From assembly GCA_964016885.1 (NCBI GenBank), contig OZ024743.1:292702001-292766000 (forward strand): a DNA stretch of 64,000 nt. Reading direction: 5' to 3'. This document shows positions 27,561 through 39,709 of the stretch, in pieces (positions within the stretch are counted from its first letter, which is position 1; each line of letters starts with the position of its first letter). Made by a program: the position numbers and the translations under genes. The notes under the pieces were generated by a model. That model searched no databases. It was not told the DNA's origin and saw only the letters and a list, made by a program, of their open reading frames with translations. The stretch is from Eledone cirrhosa. Its lineage: Eukaryota.

Positions 27561-28169
27561 GATAGAAATATAGAGAGGGGGGGGGGGGGAGAAAGAAAAC
27601 AGTAAGAAGAAAGCGAGGTTGGATATATATATATATATATATATATATACATTCACTATTAATTTACACATAGGTATATAGGTATACCCACCAGGTATAC
27701 ACGCCAATATGCTGAGTGTTTTCTTTTTTTTTTCTTCTCTTAATTCTTCTGCCTTGTTATTTCTATTTGTGTCAATCGTATGTTTGAGATTTTTTTTATT
27801 TTTGCATTAATCCTTTTTTAATCTAACAGTAATATACATGTCTATATATATCCCTCTATCCTATCTACTGCTAGTAGAAGTATCACCTCCTTCCATTAAC
27901 CACATCTAACAATACCTATGAAGTTAGTATTTGTTCTCAATTTCTGCACGGAGCTCATATGTTATTTCTTCAATTTGTTTTTACTGCGAGATGCTATTTC
28001 CTGTTTTATCGGTAGTGACAATTTTTAAAAAAACTTTATCGTTGTAATATTATTTGTGATTATGTGTGTGAATGTTTGTGAGTGGGCGTTTTGTGGCTGA
28101 GGGTTGTTTTATTTTCCTTTTAAATGACAATAGTAATACTGCTACTAGAAATAGTAGTGGTTATTATTA

Positions 28170-28760
28170 GTAGTAGAACCAGGGATAATATGCTTTGCAG
28201 TACATAGCTACAATCCTTTATGTGCTGAGTTCAAATCCCGCCGACGCTAGCTTTGCCTTTCATCCTTACGGAGGTCGATAAATTAAAGCACCAGTAATGC
28301 ACTGGGGTAATTGCTGGCCTTGTGCCAAAAGTAGATATAATTATTATGAGTGGAGTAGAGCGTGGAACAACATGCTTTGCGGCATATAGTTACGGTCCTT
28401 TATGTTCTGAGTTCAAATCACACCGACGTTTGATTTGTCATTAATCTTTACAGGGTCGATAAAATATAGTACCAGTAATGTACTGGGGTAATTGCTGGCC
28501 TTGTGCTAAAATCAGAAATAATTATTGATATTAAAAGGCGCTAAGTTAGCAGTATCGGTAGAGCGTGGAACAACATGCTTTGCGGCATATAGTTACGGCC
28601 CTTTACGATCTGATTTCAAATCCCACCTAGGGTAAGCTTTGTTATTCATCCTTACGAGGTCGAAAAAACTAAAATACCAGTAACAAACTGAGGTTGATTT
28701 AATCAACTTTCCCCTCCCTATCAAATTGCTGGCCTTGTGACAAATGTAAAAACAATTATT
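28170..28760 (+). mobile_element. Tandem array of three tRNA-derived SINEs
   Basis: B-box-like gagttcaaatc, gtcgataaa..ccagt and ttgctggccttgtg..attatt repeat at ~28170-28346, 28352-28524 and 28536-28760. Confidence 0.85.
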
Positions 28761-29485
28761 ATATGATCTTATGAATAAAATGTGATTGTCAAGTACCCTA
28801 GAGCTGTGAATATATATTGAGAAAATAAAAGAACATACAAATCTAAGTATATGAATGTGTGCATGTGTGGGGGGGGGCGTGGGGGGTGTATGTGTGTGTA
28901 TGGATGAGTGTTTGCATATGATGTGGGAGTAAAAAAACTTAAATCATGATAAATAACGTTTTTGAATTCACGTATATATTTCAATCGGAAACCTGATGAT
29001 GATAGGTTAAAAAAAAATGAACACGTAAATAAAATAGAGATGTACCACAGATAAAAGTGTTCCTTTTTTTTCCCTTAACAAAAATAAACTCTAGAATTAA
29101 ACAATGAAAAGCTTCAAGCTATATGTAAAATTAGTAATGGCATATGAAATGAAATAAGGATTTTGTCATTGTTTAACATGTCTTTTTATATACTGTATTG
29201 CTTTCATGATTCATTTTATTACCGTTTGATTTATTTGGTATATTCTTTTCATTCTTATCTGTCCCTAGAAAGAAACCATGCAGTTATTAATAAGCAGAGT
29301 TGAAATATACATGCAAGATTTCACAGCCCTACCATCATTTATTAATAATCAGCCTATGAACATTTATATATATATATATAGAGAGAGAGAGGTAGAACAC
29401 TGGAAGGTAATATCTGTAGTGGTAGAGCACTCAGTCCATTGGACAAGATAGGTAGAAGTGGTAACACAACAGTTAGTTCACCATA

Positions 29486-29525
29486 CCGAGAACAATTGTT
29501 TCACCTTAGCGGATCCTCAGCTCGG
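29486..29525 (-). ncRNA. Minimal type I hammerhead ribozyme
   Basis: ccgag-CTGAGGA-tcc(gctaa)ggt-GAAA-caattg-TT-ctcgg. Confidence 0.85.
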
Positions 29526-29539
29526 ACTAGATGACCAGT

Positions 29540-29579
29540 CCGAGCTGAGGATCCGCTAAGGTGAAACAATTGTTCTCGG
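29540..29579 (+). ncRNA. Minimal type I hammerhead ribozyme (inverted copy)
   Basis: Identical motif on the plus strand. Confidence 0.85.
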
Positions 29580-29582
29580 TAT

Positions 29583-29633
<51 letters not shown>

Positions 29634-29871
29634 CTGTGTATGTGTGTGTGTATGTGTGTGCGTGTGTGTATGCACACGTGTGCACATTCCCCATATACGT
29701 GAAACGGTTGGTCATTTGAATGACAGATACAGTTCTTCCGACGGATTTCCAAAGTTTCATTAAATATTAATTTCTTAAGGCTAAGTAATGAATCTTGTTA
29801 CTCTCGAGTTTCACTTGCAGACAGGGAAAACACCAGAGTAACATGACTCACTCGTTAGCCATAATAAATAA

Positions 29872-29904
<33 letters not shown>

Positions 29905-29956
29905 AACCGTTAAGGTCTGATTCCGGGGTATGTCACAATTTATAAAATAAACTTTG

Positions 29957-30017
29957 TATTTTATCTGATGAGAGCGTACCAAAGTTTTGGTACCCTTGAA
30001 ATATATATAATAGAATA
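29957..30017 (+). ncRNA. Type I hammerhead ribozyme in a Nematis-family pseudo-LTR fragment
   Basis: tattttat-CTGATGA-gagcgtaccaaa(gt)tttggtaccctt-GAAA-tatata-TA-atagaata. The flanks match 62800-62945. Confidence 0.85.
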
Positions 30018-30058
30018 AATATGGTTTTATAAATATAGTTTCCATTTATTAATATCAT

Positions 30059-30124
<66 letters not shown>

Positions 30125-30138
<14 letters not shown>

Positions 30139-31255
30139 CAGAGGATGTCTGTCCGTCTGTGTAAATCCCTAAAAATCGAGAAGAACCCAACCGAATTTTT
30201 TTCAAACTTTACTTATATTTCTTCAAGTTCAAAGGGCTAAAAACAATTTAATTTATTCTGCACTAGGGCATGCATTTGAGCGAAAACCGCATTTTTTAGG
30301 CACTTTGGGGATTTTTTGAGGCGTAATTTACAAATAATTCAGCTGAAATTTGCAGCACACATTGCTGTGGACAAAAAAAAATGTCCGATTCCATTAATGG
30401 TTTCTAGGAAATTTACGAATTAGCATTGGGCTTTACATGCCATTTTCATTTTCAATATAAATGTTACTTAAACTCGTAATTAGCGTATAATATTTCGTTA
30501 AAAATTTGGTTTATTTAACAGAGGACACAACACTTATTTACTTTTAAGCAGGACCCTTTTCGGGGGATTGAGGAAATGAGGAGGACCTTTAAATTTTTGT
30601 CCGCGCCCTATTGACACTTCAAGCTTTCATCACTCGCAAATCCGGGCACTATGTACGTTACCGTGTTATTAACACCGTAAAACTAACTTCTGTGCTAACT
30701 CTACTAAGACCCCTTTTGTTGCACCTACACCGTAGTTTGAACGCCCCCAATAGTAACTCCGAAGCGTTTGGCACCCGATATAACAGTTCGGTCTATATCA
30801 GAGTGGAAAGATTTATGAAGAGGCTATGGTCTCCTGTGGGGAAGGCCCAACATGCTGTGTGGTTGCATGACATGTCTTACTCAAGCATTGCAGACTTTAC
30901 TCTGTACAGTATGCATGCAGGTGCAATAGACATAACTGATGATATCCATCCGGATGACTGGGTGCGAATCTATAAAACTCGAAAAGTACTTAACCGATTT
31001 ACTCCAAATGTAAGAAAAATCATATTCTAAGGTTGTGTACGCTTAAAGAGTATTCAGCTGATTTTCTTCAGGTTTTGCACATGCATGCAGATGTTTCATG
31101 ATTCGGATCTGCTGGTGTTTTACGTTTCCAGTAGATGAACAATCATTCCCTGAGAATAAGGGAATTCAAAAAGTACATAGTTACATTCCTCAATCTTTGC
31201 ATATGCGTGTTCCTATTTCACGTTTCCTATCCCGTGCAAAGCCGGGTCCTGCTGC

Positions 31256-31258
<3 letters not shown>
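30125..31258 (+). mobile_element. Non-autonomous Helitron-like element
   Basis: The 5' gtctgtccgtctgt..atccctaaaa.tcgagaag region is shared with 55330-55420 (reverse). The 3' hairpin cccgtgcaaagccggg (31231-31246) is followed by ...ctgCTAC. Confidence 0.65.
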
Positions 31259-31304
<46 letters not shown>

Positions 31305-31897
31305 TATGTATGTCTACTATTTTACTCGTTTACCTGTTCCAGCCATCCGACTGAAGCCATGTTGGGGCACCGCGTATATATATAATATACATATGTATAT
31401 AAATATATATATATGTGTGTGTGGGTGTGTGTGTGTGTGTTTATGTGTGTGTATTAACACATACATAATTGTATGTGTATAACGTATATGTGCATATATT
31501 TGTGTGTGCATTTGTATGTGGTTTTCTACAGATATGCAATGTGCTTGTACGTGGGTGTTTCAGTGTGACTTTCACACTCACTGCATTTCTATTTGTAAGG
31601 TGAATATCTGGAATATTTTTCTGGATAATTGCGTGTTTGCAATCAAGAACCTTTCCTGAAATGGTGCTTCTGTTATATTTTTATTTGTTCATTTATTTAT
31701 TTTTTGTAAAACATCTTGATTACATAAAACCCTGGAGTAGTAGCAACGACCTGGTATTGGTTTTCATACAATCAGAAATGAACGTTATGAATTTATATCG
31801 CAATTAGAAATCAGTTATTTATGTTATATATCGCGAACGGAAAATTTTCAATTGTGTACCTGCAATTTAATGCACACTCTGATTGAATATAATCTAT

Positions 31898-31997
<100 letters not shown>

Positions 31998-32004
31998 GAA
32001 TATG

Positions 32005-32055
<51 letters not shown>

Positions 32056-32236
32056 ATAGATTATATTCAATCAGAGTGTGCATTAAATTGCAGGTACACA
32101 ATTGAAAATTTTCCGTTCGCGATATATAACATAAATAACTGATTTCAGTTGTTATAATGGATACTGAATACTACAAGGATTTGGTTGAGGTACAACTGAA
32201 AGACACAACATTCTATCAAATGTAGACCACAACATC

Positions 32237-33976
32237 ATGAAGAAGATCAACAACCTGGCTTCAAAATACCACAGCTCATTTACCGATAAGGAAAGAGACT
32301 ACATCACCAATTTTGAGCCGAAACCCAGCAACCTGTATGGCCTACCGAAAGTTCATAAGTCAAAAGAAATACAACTGGCAGTAAGAGAACAAAACAGTGA
32401 GTACATTAAATTACTACACCCAAAAGACTTAAAACTTAGACCTATTATAGCTGGTCCAACATGCCCCACCCACCGTTTAAGCAATTTTGTTGACATTATT
32501 TTGAAACCACTATGTATTCACATACCCAGTTTCATCCGGGATGATATCGACTTCCTGTCCCATCTTCCCAAAACCACGGAAACGAATTCACTTCTACTCA
32601 GTTTTGATGTGGTAAGCCTTTACACCAACATTACACATGATTTAGGAATAAAGGCGGTTAAATACTGGGTGGAAAAACATAGAGAAGTGATTCCCATTAG
32701 ATTCACAGCGCCATTTATATTAGACGCAGTTAAACTTATTCTGGAAAACAACACTTTCTTCTTCAATGGAAAGAATTACATCCAAATTAGAGGCACAGCG
32801 ATGAGAACGAAGTTTGCTCCCGTTTACGCGAACTCTGTAATGGGATACTTAGAACAACAACTCTACCAAGAAATAGAGGAAAAATATAGTACTGACTTTA
32901 GAAAGTACATTGAAAAATCTTGGAAGAGATACCTTGACGACTGTTTCATCATCTGGACAGAATCTCTAGATACTCTGGATGAGTTCAATATCCTCCTGAA
33001 TAACCTACACCCATCTCCCCAATTCACAAAAGAGATGAGTAGGACCAAATTACCATTCCTAGATATAATGATAATCAAAAACGACACCACCATTACCACG
33101 GATATATATTATAAACACACAGACACCCATCAATATCTGAATTTTAAGTCGTGCCATCCACCTCATACAAAACGCAACATCCCATACTGCCTAGCCAGAA
33201 GAATTTGTACCATTGTAGAAGATACGAATACCAGGTACACACGCCTAACAGAACTAAGAGAATTTTTGCTCAAACAAAAATACCCATCTCTACTTATAGA
33301 AAAGGGCATACAGCGGGCTATAAAAATACCTATACAACAACTTAGAACAACCCAAGGAAGAAGAAACCAAGAACTGGTCATACCATTTATAATGACACAC
33401 AACCCATGTCACCAGAATATCTTCAACACTGCCAAAGCAAACCTACCGATCATTGCTCAAAGTAATGAATTAAAAGGCTTAATCACAGATAGATCTTTGA
33501 CTCTTAGTAAAAGACAGCCAAAAAATTTGAAGCAATTACTAACAAAAGCAAAGTTTGACCTTAACAACAAAGACCAATCATTCACTGTATCTAAATGCAA
33601 TGATAGTCGATGCGGTACATGTCAATCCATACACGCCGGTCAATATATGAAAACAAAAACTGGAAAAATATTCCCAAATGCAAATATGAACTGCAAAAGC
33701 AGAAATCTAATTTACTGCATTAAATGCCCGAATTGTGAAGAACTATATGTGGGTCAAACTGGAAATGCACTATCGGAACGTGCACGGGTACACCGTCAAC
33801 AAATCAGAGACCCAAATGTCCGTCAGATACCCCTAAGCGGCCACCTGGCAACATGTGGTCAGGGAATATTTATAATATTCCCATTCTACAAATTACACAG
33901 TCCAAGTGAAATCAAGAGAAAAATCAAAGAAAAGAATTTTATTGATAAATTCAAACCCAAGCTAAATGAACAATAA
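32237..33976 (+). CDS. PLE reverse transcriptase + GIY-YIG endonuclease (N-terminally truncated, 579 aa open)
   Basis: YGLPKVHK, LRPII, FDVVSLYTNI, GTAMRT (usually GTAMGT), RYLDD, LPFLD, CNDSRCGTC, NLIYCIKCPNC..YVGQT, R..VHR. Homologous sequence continues upstream to 32147 in another frame. Confidence 0.9.
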   Translation: MKKINNLASKYHSSFTDKERDYITNFEPKPSNLYGLPKVHKSKEIQLAVREQNSEYIKLLHPKDLKLRPIIAGPTCPTHRLSNFVDIILKPLCIHIPSFIRDDIDFLSHLPKTTETNSLLLSFDVVSLYTNITHDLGIKAVKYWVEKHREVIPIRFTAPFILDAVKLILENNTFFFNGKNYIQIRGTAMRTKFAPVYANSVMGYLEQQLYQEIEEKYSTDFRKYIEKSWKRYLDDCFIIWTESLDTLDEFNILLNNLHPSPQFTKEMSRTKLPFLDIMIIKNDTTITTDIYYKHTDTHQYLNFKSCHPPHTKRNIPYCLARRICTIVEDTNTRYTRLTELREFLLKQKYPSLLIEKGIQRAIKIPIQQLRTTQGRRNQELVIPFIMTHNPCHQNIFNTAKANLPIIAQSNELKGLITDRSLTLSKRQPKNLKQLLTKAKFDLNNKDQSFTVSKCNDSRCGTCQSIHAGQYMKTKTGKIFPNANMNCKSRNLIYCIKCPNCEELYVGQTGNALSERARVHRQQIRDPNVRQIPLSGHLATCGQGIFIIFPFYKLHSPSEIKRKIKEKNFIDKFKPKLNEQ

Positions 33977-34023
33977 TAACGCCTAGGGGTATTACTTCTA
34001 CAACCACTATGACCACGACCACT

Positions 34024-34089
<66 letters not shown>

Positions 34090-34220
34090 AATAATAAAAG
34101 TGATGTTGATGGTGATGATTAATAGAAAATGCTATTTTCATCATTTCTAAAAATAGCAAAACAGTTGATGCGTTGGATATGACTATTGGTCGTTAGCATG
34201 CTCAACCAGCCGTGACGCTT

Positions 34221-34335
34221 AAACCAATCAGCTTTAGTAATTCAGTGAAACAACACACTGATTGGTCGAAATACAGTTTACAGGGCTTAGCATTCTGGAG
34301 CCACTTTTCTCTGTATAAAATGTATAAAAGGTAGG
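34221..34335 (+). promoter_or_regulatory. Putative Pol II promoter in the PLE pseudo-LTR
   Basis: CCAAT at 34224, reverse CCAAT at 34261, TATAAAA at 34314 and 34323, upstream of the HHR. A similar module lies at 51843-51913. Confidence 0.5.
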
Positions 34336-34392
34336 AAATTTACCCATCTCATTACAGTTGAAAATTGCAAACTCGACTGTCACCACATATTA

Positions 34393-34431
34393 TGAACCTG
34401 AAGATTGCGAAAGCATGAAAGTACTTGTTCA
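34393..34431 (+). ncRNA. Minimal type I hammerhead ribozyme
   Basis: tgaac-CTGAAGA-ttgc(gaaa)gcat-GAAA-gtac-TT-gttca. Confidence 0.85.
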
Positions 34432-34546
34432 ATTAACACTTAGAATTTAATATTCTATCATACTATTTCATTATAATACCATTATATATTTTAAAGGATT
34501 GTAAATAAAACGAGTAAATCAGACAAAGTTGGAATTCTTCTTATTA

Positions 34547-34569
<23 letters not shown>

Positions 34570-34579
<10 letters not shown>

Positions 34580-35203
34580 TATAAATCTCAAATCAGGTTG
34601 TTGGTGTGCTTGTTCACTTATCTCCTTTTGTACTGTCTCAATCCACACTGCCTGGTCATTATGTTCAACATCCTCCTCCCATATTCCCCCCAAAAATGTC
34701 TTTGTCTGCTCCGCCTCAGGGATCAAGTCGTTGCCTCTTTCTTTCCCTTCAAGCTGTCCAAACAACATCTTCTGGCTGTTGTCAAACTTGCGGTCTGTCT
34801 ATACTGACTGACTCTGTTCTCATACCGCCTAATCTTTGCACTCTTTGCTACAATGCGTTGCTTCAGTTCCTCTAAGATAATATTTAGACCCCCCCCTAGT
34901 TTTGTATTTTATTTCCAATCTCTTTTTAGTGTCTATGTTTTGTAATGTCCCATTCAGTATGAACTCAAGCTTTCCAATGTATTTTCTCATTTCCTTAACT
35001 TGACCATTCAGCCGTTTCTTCCACCAAGATTCTGATCCTTCTTGTTTGTTGTATCCTGCCGTTTTTATGCCAAGTAATTTCCTCACCGTATTTGCTGTTG
35101 CTTTGAGGATATTGTTGCACTGGTGAAGGCTCCTCGCTTCAAGGTATGGGATGACTTTGTTTACCTTAGCTGTTGTTTCTTTTAACTTTTTCCTGTCTAC
35201 AAA
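34570..35203 (-). pseudogene. R4/Dong-like LINE N-terminal ORF fragment
   Basis: WWKKRLNGQVKEMRKYIGKL and TFLGGIWEEDVEHNDQAVWI resemble pre-RT motifs of R4-clade ORFs. Frameshifted. Confidence 0.65.
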
Positions 35204-35268
35204 TTATTATTATTATTATTATTATTACTATTATTATTATTATTATTATTATTATTATCATTATTATT

Positions 35269-36698
35269 CCTTGAATCTCAGTCATTGATGTTAGTTAACT
35301 GGAAAGTCCGTTGGAATGAATATCAAGCCACTACCTGCAGCCTCAGATATTCAGGACGTATCAGAGGGTTCTTGCTGTTCCCAGGAAGCATGCCTTTTGA
35401 AGCGTTCCAAAAAGCGTGAAGGGGCCGATTTTCTTTAACCATCCCTGGAAACTTTTGGAGATAGTCCCCAGTGCGCCTATGACAATCGGGATCACTTTGA
35501 CTTCATGGCAGTTCCAAATCCTTTTTACCTCCCACTTTAAGTCCTGGTATCGGTTAATTTTCTCCCTCTCCTTCTCTTGCACTCTCGTGTCGAATGGGCA
35601 GGCCACATCCACAATCAGACACGATCTTTTTTCTTTGTCCACAACCACCAGGTCAGGTCTATTGTGTTCCAGTTTCTTGTCCGTCTGTATCCTAAAATCC
35701 CACAGCACCTTCACATGATCGTTCTCCATCACCGCCTCTGGCTTATGCTCATACCATTTCTCAGAATGTGGTAAATTGTTTACTTTGCACAGGTGCCAGT
35801 GGATCACCCTGCCCATCACATCATGTCTCCAGCCCTTATAGTGGGTCTGGGCTAGGTGTTTACACTCGGATACAATGTGAGCCACAGTCTCCTCTCTCTC
35901 TCTCCACAGATCCTACACAGTGGGCTAGCCTCCTCCTTGTAAATATGGTGTTTCAACCACTTCGTTTTGAGGGCCTGCTCCTGCGCAGCCATAAACATTC
36001 CTTCTGTAGCCTTTTTAAGGTCTCCTCTTCTTAACCAGTTCCATGTCTGTGGATCTCTAAATTCAGTTTTCTCAAAGAAGGTACTATGAAGGGATTTTTC
36101 CTGAAGGCTGCTCTTTCTCCTTGATGTTATTTCCTCCTTGGACATCCCCTGGCCTATTGTCCCCTCCTTCAGTACAGTTCTGAGCATTGGCTCCTTACTA
36201 TCAGTCACGTATTTGTGTAGGTTGTTTTTCTCCATCTGAACACAGTCCTCTATGCTGATAAGACCTCTTCCACCCTCATATCTCCTTAGGTAGAGTCTAT
36301 CGACATCACTCCTCTTGTGGAACATGTTGTAGATAGTCAATAGCTTCCTAGTCTTCCTATCCATTTCTTTTTGTTCAGCAACATTCCATCTCAGAATTCC
36401 CGCACTGTACCTAATAATAGACACAGCCTCCAGAACGCCCAAATACTTGTATCCTTCCTCAGAGTCAATTTCCTTTATCATCTCACCTGTTGGTACCTGG
36501 ATTCCGTTACTTCTGCTCAATCTACCCCTCCTCATCACAATGACTCCACACTTACTAATACCAAACTGCATACATATATCACTGCTGAAAATACGGACAG
36601 TGTCAACAAGAACATCCAACTCCTTCTCACTCTTCCCGAAGAGCTTAAGATCGTCCATGAAGAGGAGGTGATTGATGGTAAGCCCTCCCTTTCCCAAC
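35269..36698 (-). mobile_element. R4/Dong-like RLE LINE, 5'-truncated, internal deletion and frameshift
   Basis: NHLLFMDDLKLF, YKYLG, GGRGL, AAQEQAL, CRIC..HIVSEC, and the RLE motif RPDLVV..IVDVACP..EKINRYQDL. (AAT)n lies on both sides. Confidence 0.9.
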
Positions 36699-36741
<43 letters not shown>

Positions 36742-38332
36742 TGCATTTATCTTGCTTTATGTTTATACGAGTTATCACCAAGTCACAACCAGTGACCTCA
36801 AGAGACAACAAGGTCCGCCATGTTCAAGAAAGAACACACATATTCACACATGCATCCTTAGTGTTTAGACTTGTGATGTACTTATATTGACAGGATCTTC
36901 CTTAGTATATGGGCAGTTCCCATTAGTACTATCTTTTGTATTTCTCCTATACGCGGGTTTCCTGGGATTTGCGATAAGTAGTCGTTAGACCCCTTAGGTA
37001 TAATTCCCAGAGCGCCTACAACCACTGGTATTGTTTTAGTTCTCAATTTCCACATTTTTCCAATTTCTATCTCCAGGTCCTTATACTTGCACAATTTTTC
37101 AAATGTTTTTATAGATACATTCTTGTCTATTGGAACAGACATATCAATTAGCAGGCATACCCTCCTTTGAAAGTCCTTCAATATTATATCAGGTCTATTT
37201 GCATCTATTTTTCGGTCTGTTTGGATGCTAAAGTTCCACAAGATTGAGATGTGATCTTTTTCAAGTATGGGAGGTGGTTGATGCTCCCACCAATTCTTTT
37301 GATGGGGCAGGTCAAAATGCTTGCACATTATCCAATGTATGTATTGTGCAGCTCTGTCATGCCTGTTTAGGTATTCGGTTGGAGCTATAGGACTGCACAT
37401 TGAAATTATATGGTCAATGGTCTCTGGTTGTTTTTTGCATACACGGCATAATGGGCTGCACCCATTTTTTATTATGTTGGCTTGGTAATTTTTTGTTGGC
37501 AGACACTGATCTTGTGCGGATATAATCAGTCCTTCAGTCTCCGATTTCAGTCCAGAGGATGCCAACCACTGATGGGTTAAAGTTTTGTCAACATCAGGAT
37601 TGTTAGCTCGCTCTGGGTATTTTCCATACAGAGGCTTTTCTTGCCATTTCTTAGCCAGTTTCTGTAGCAGTTCTTTCTTTGCAGTTACTTTTACCTGCTT
37701 TGCTTTTTCTGTGTTTTCCATTTCAGCAGTAAATGGGACTTCTGAAATTTGTAGTCCATTGCTGTATCTTTGTGCATCTTTTGTAATGGAATATGATCTT
37801 TTGGTGCTTTCGTGTTTCAAAACGAGTTTGATCATCCAATCATGTGATTCCCTTAGATATGTGGATAATCCAATTGTTGCAGTTTTCAACGCAATGTCTA
37901 ACTGGATTAACCCACGTCCCCCTTCTTTCCTAGGGAGATATATTCTATCTATGTCTGCCTTAGGGTGATGCATTCTGTGCATGGTTAAGAATTTTCGGAT
38001 TTTTGTATCGAGCCTACGGATCTCTGTGCTTGACCAGTTGATGACATTGTAACTGTAGGTTACTACTGGTATGGCAAGCGTGTTTATGGCATCGATCCTA
38101 TTCCTTGCATTCAATTCCGTTCTTAAGATTGCTCTGACTCTGCGGTAACATTCCTTCCTTATCCTTTCCCTCATTGTCGAGTGCTTGATTCCGTCTCCTT
38201 CACAAACACCTAGATATTTGTAAGTTTGTTCTTGATCAAGCTCTCTTATCACGTTCCCCCGATCAAGATTACTGTCTGAACTCTTCAGCAGCTTTCCTCT
38301 GGTGAACGTTGCATTGGCGCATTTATCCAGTC

Positions 38333-38334
<2 letters not shown>
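36742..38334 (-). mobile_element. R4/Dong-like RLE LINE, second family, 5'-truncated with an open C-terminal ORF
   Basis: GLDKCA, YKYLG, RKEGGRGL, SAQDQCL, CRVC..ETIDHIISMC, RPDIIL..LIDMSVP..EKLCKYKDL, stop at 36882. (AAT)n flanks. The predicted N-terminus 38335-38483 is microsatellite. Confidence 0.92.
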
Positions 38335-38379
<45 letters not shown>

Positions 38380-38431
38380 GTAGTAGTAGTAGTAGTAGTA
38401 TTGTTGTTGTTGTTATTATTATTGTATATAA

Positions 38432-38463
<32 letters not shown>

Positions 38464-38523
38464 ATGTGTATAAGATTGAACAATGGAAACGAAAGAAAAA
38501 AAACGAGGTTTGTTGCATAATTA

Positions 38524-38667
38524 GTTCATTGTTTTATAACCGTTTCAGAGCGTTGATTGACCATGATAATATCGATTTACTGACTAGTCGATAGCAGTTA
38601 TGCAACTCCATATTATTAGTCTTGATATAATAGATCCGTCTCACTGTCTTCTCCAGAAACAATGAAC
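38524..38667 (-). ncRNA. Degenerate hammerhead ribozyme with a long stem II insert
   Basis: A perfect 11-bp stem I (gttcattgttt/aaacaatgaac) encloses CTGGAGA...~100 nt...GAAA-cggtta-TA. Confidence 0.55.
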
Positions 38668-38732
38668 GAGAATCTTTATTATGAAGAGATATATAAAGGT
38701 TTTCATATATTTATTGGATATTGGAACAAAGA

Positions 38733-38922
38733 ATAATTGTTTCTACTATTGGCACAAGACCAGCAAATTACCCAGTACATTACTGGTACTTTATTTTATC
38801 GACCCCGTAAGGAGGAAAGGCAAAGTTATCTCTGCGGGATTTGAATTCAGAATGGCAAGGGCCGTAACTCTATGCGTCAAAGCATGGCGTCCGACTCCCT
38901 ACCGATACTGCCAATTCAACAC
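38733..38922 (-). mobile_element. tRNA-derived SINE
   Basis: Same family as 12530-12722. Confidence 0.85.
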
Positions 38923-39674
38923 CCTGAATTCACCACCACAAAGAATAATAATAATAAAATATAAAAGTAGATTTTTAATCAAACAGGACAAAGATAAAAA
39001 CATAAGCCCATAAAATATGTGTTTCCTTGTGATTGTTTAGATTTTATCATTTTTTTTTTTTTCCAATTTATTGTGCAATTCCTATTTCTGGTATGTTTGA
39101 ATATTAAATATATATATATTTATATACACATTTGGCAGTCAACATTTATTACTCTGTATATAAGTTATTTGTACAGATCGGCTTATTGGTGCACTTCTAA
39201 TATTCAGATATAAAGTTATTTTGTACAGTGTGGTACAAAATAACTTATAAATAAAGTTATTTTGTACATATCTAAAGACAATTTACTCGAAGTAGTTCTT
39301 CGCTTTACATTGGCTTTACTGGAATCGATTGTAACTAATCGATAAACAATTGCTTGGATCGATTCTCATTTAGCCTGCATCTCTTGGACTATGAAACAGT
39401 ACTTTAAGGAAAATATAGCTTTTTTCCGTCTTAAGTGTGTATTTTTTCTTCAATATTGTTTGTATTATATATGTGTACAAAATACTATGGATTTCTCGAA
39501 TGATATATGACGCTTTCTTTCTCTCTAAATATATCTTTTAAATTTGAATTGTTGATGCTCTCAATTAAGGTCCATTGAGCTTATTTAAAGAGAAACGTGG
39601 TCATCATACATATTAAATGTGTGTTGATACCTTAACATTGTGTGTGTCTGTGTGTATGTATGTGTTTGTGTGTG

Positions 39675-39709
<35 letters not shown>

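Larger units (their letters stand above)
29392..29585 (-). mobile_element. Minimal HHR fold-back element
   Basis: Perfect 49-bp inverted arms 29480-29528 and 29537-29585, each essentially one HHR. The tail is related to ~11800-11966. Confidence 0.85.
32147..34547 (+). mobile_element. Neptune-type Penelope-like element, 5'-truncated
   Basis: RT+GIY-YIG ORF, (AAC)n, and a 3' pseudo-LTR with promoter motifs and an HHR. Ends at (TA)n. Confidence 0.93.
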
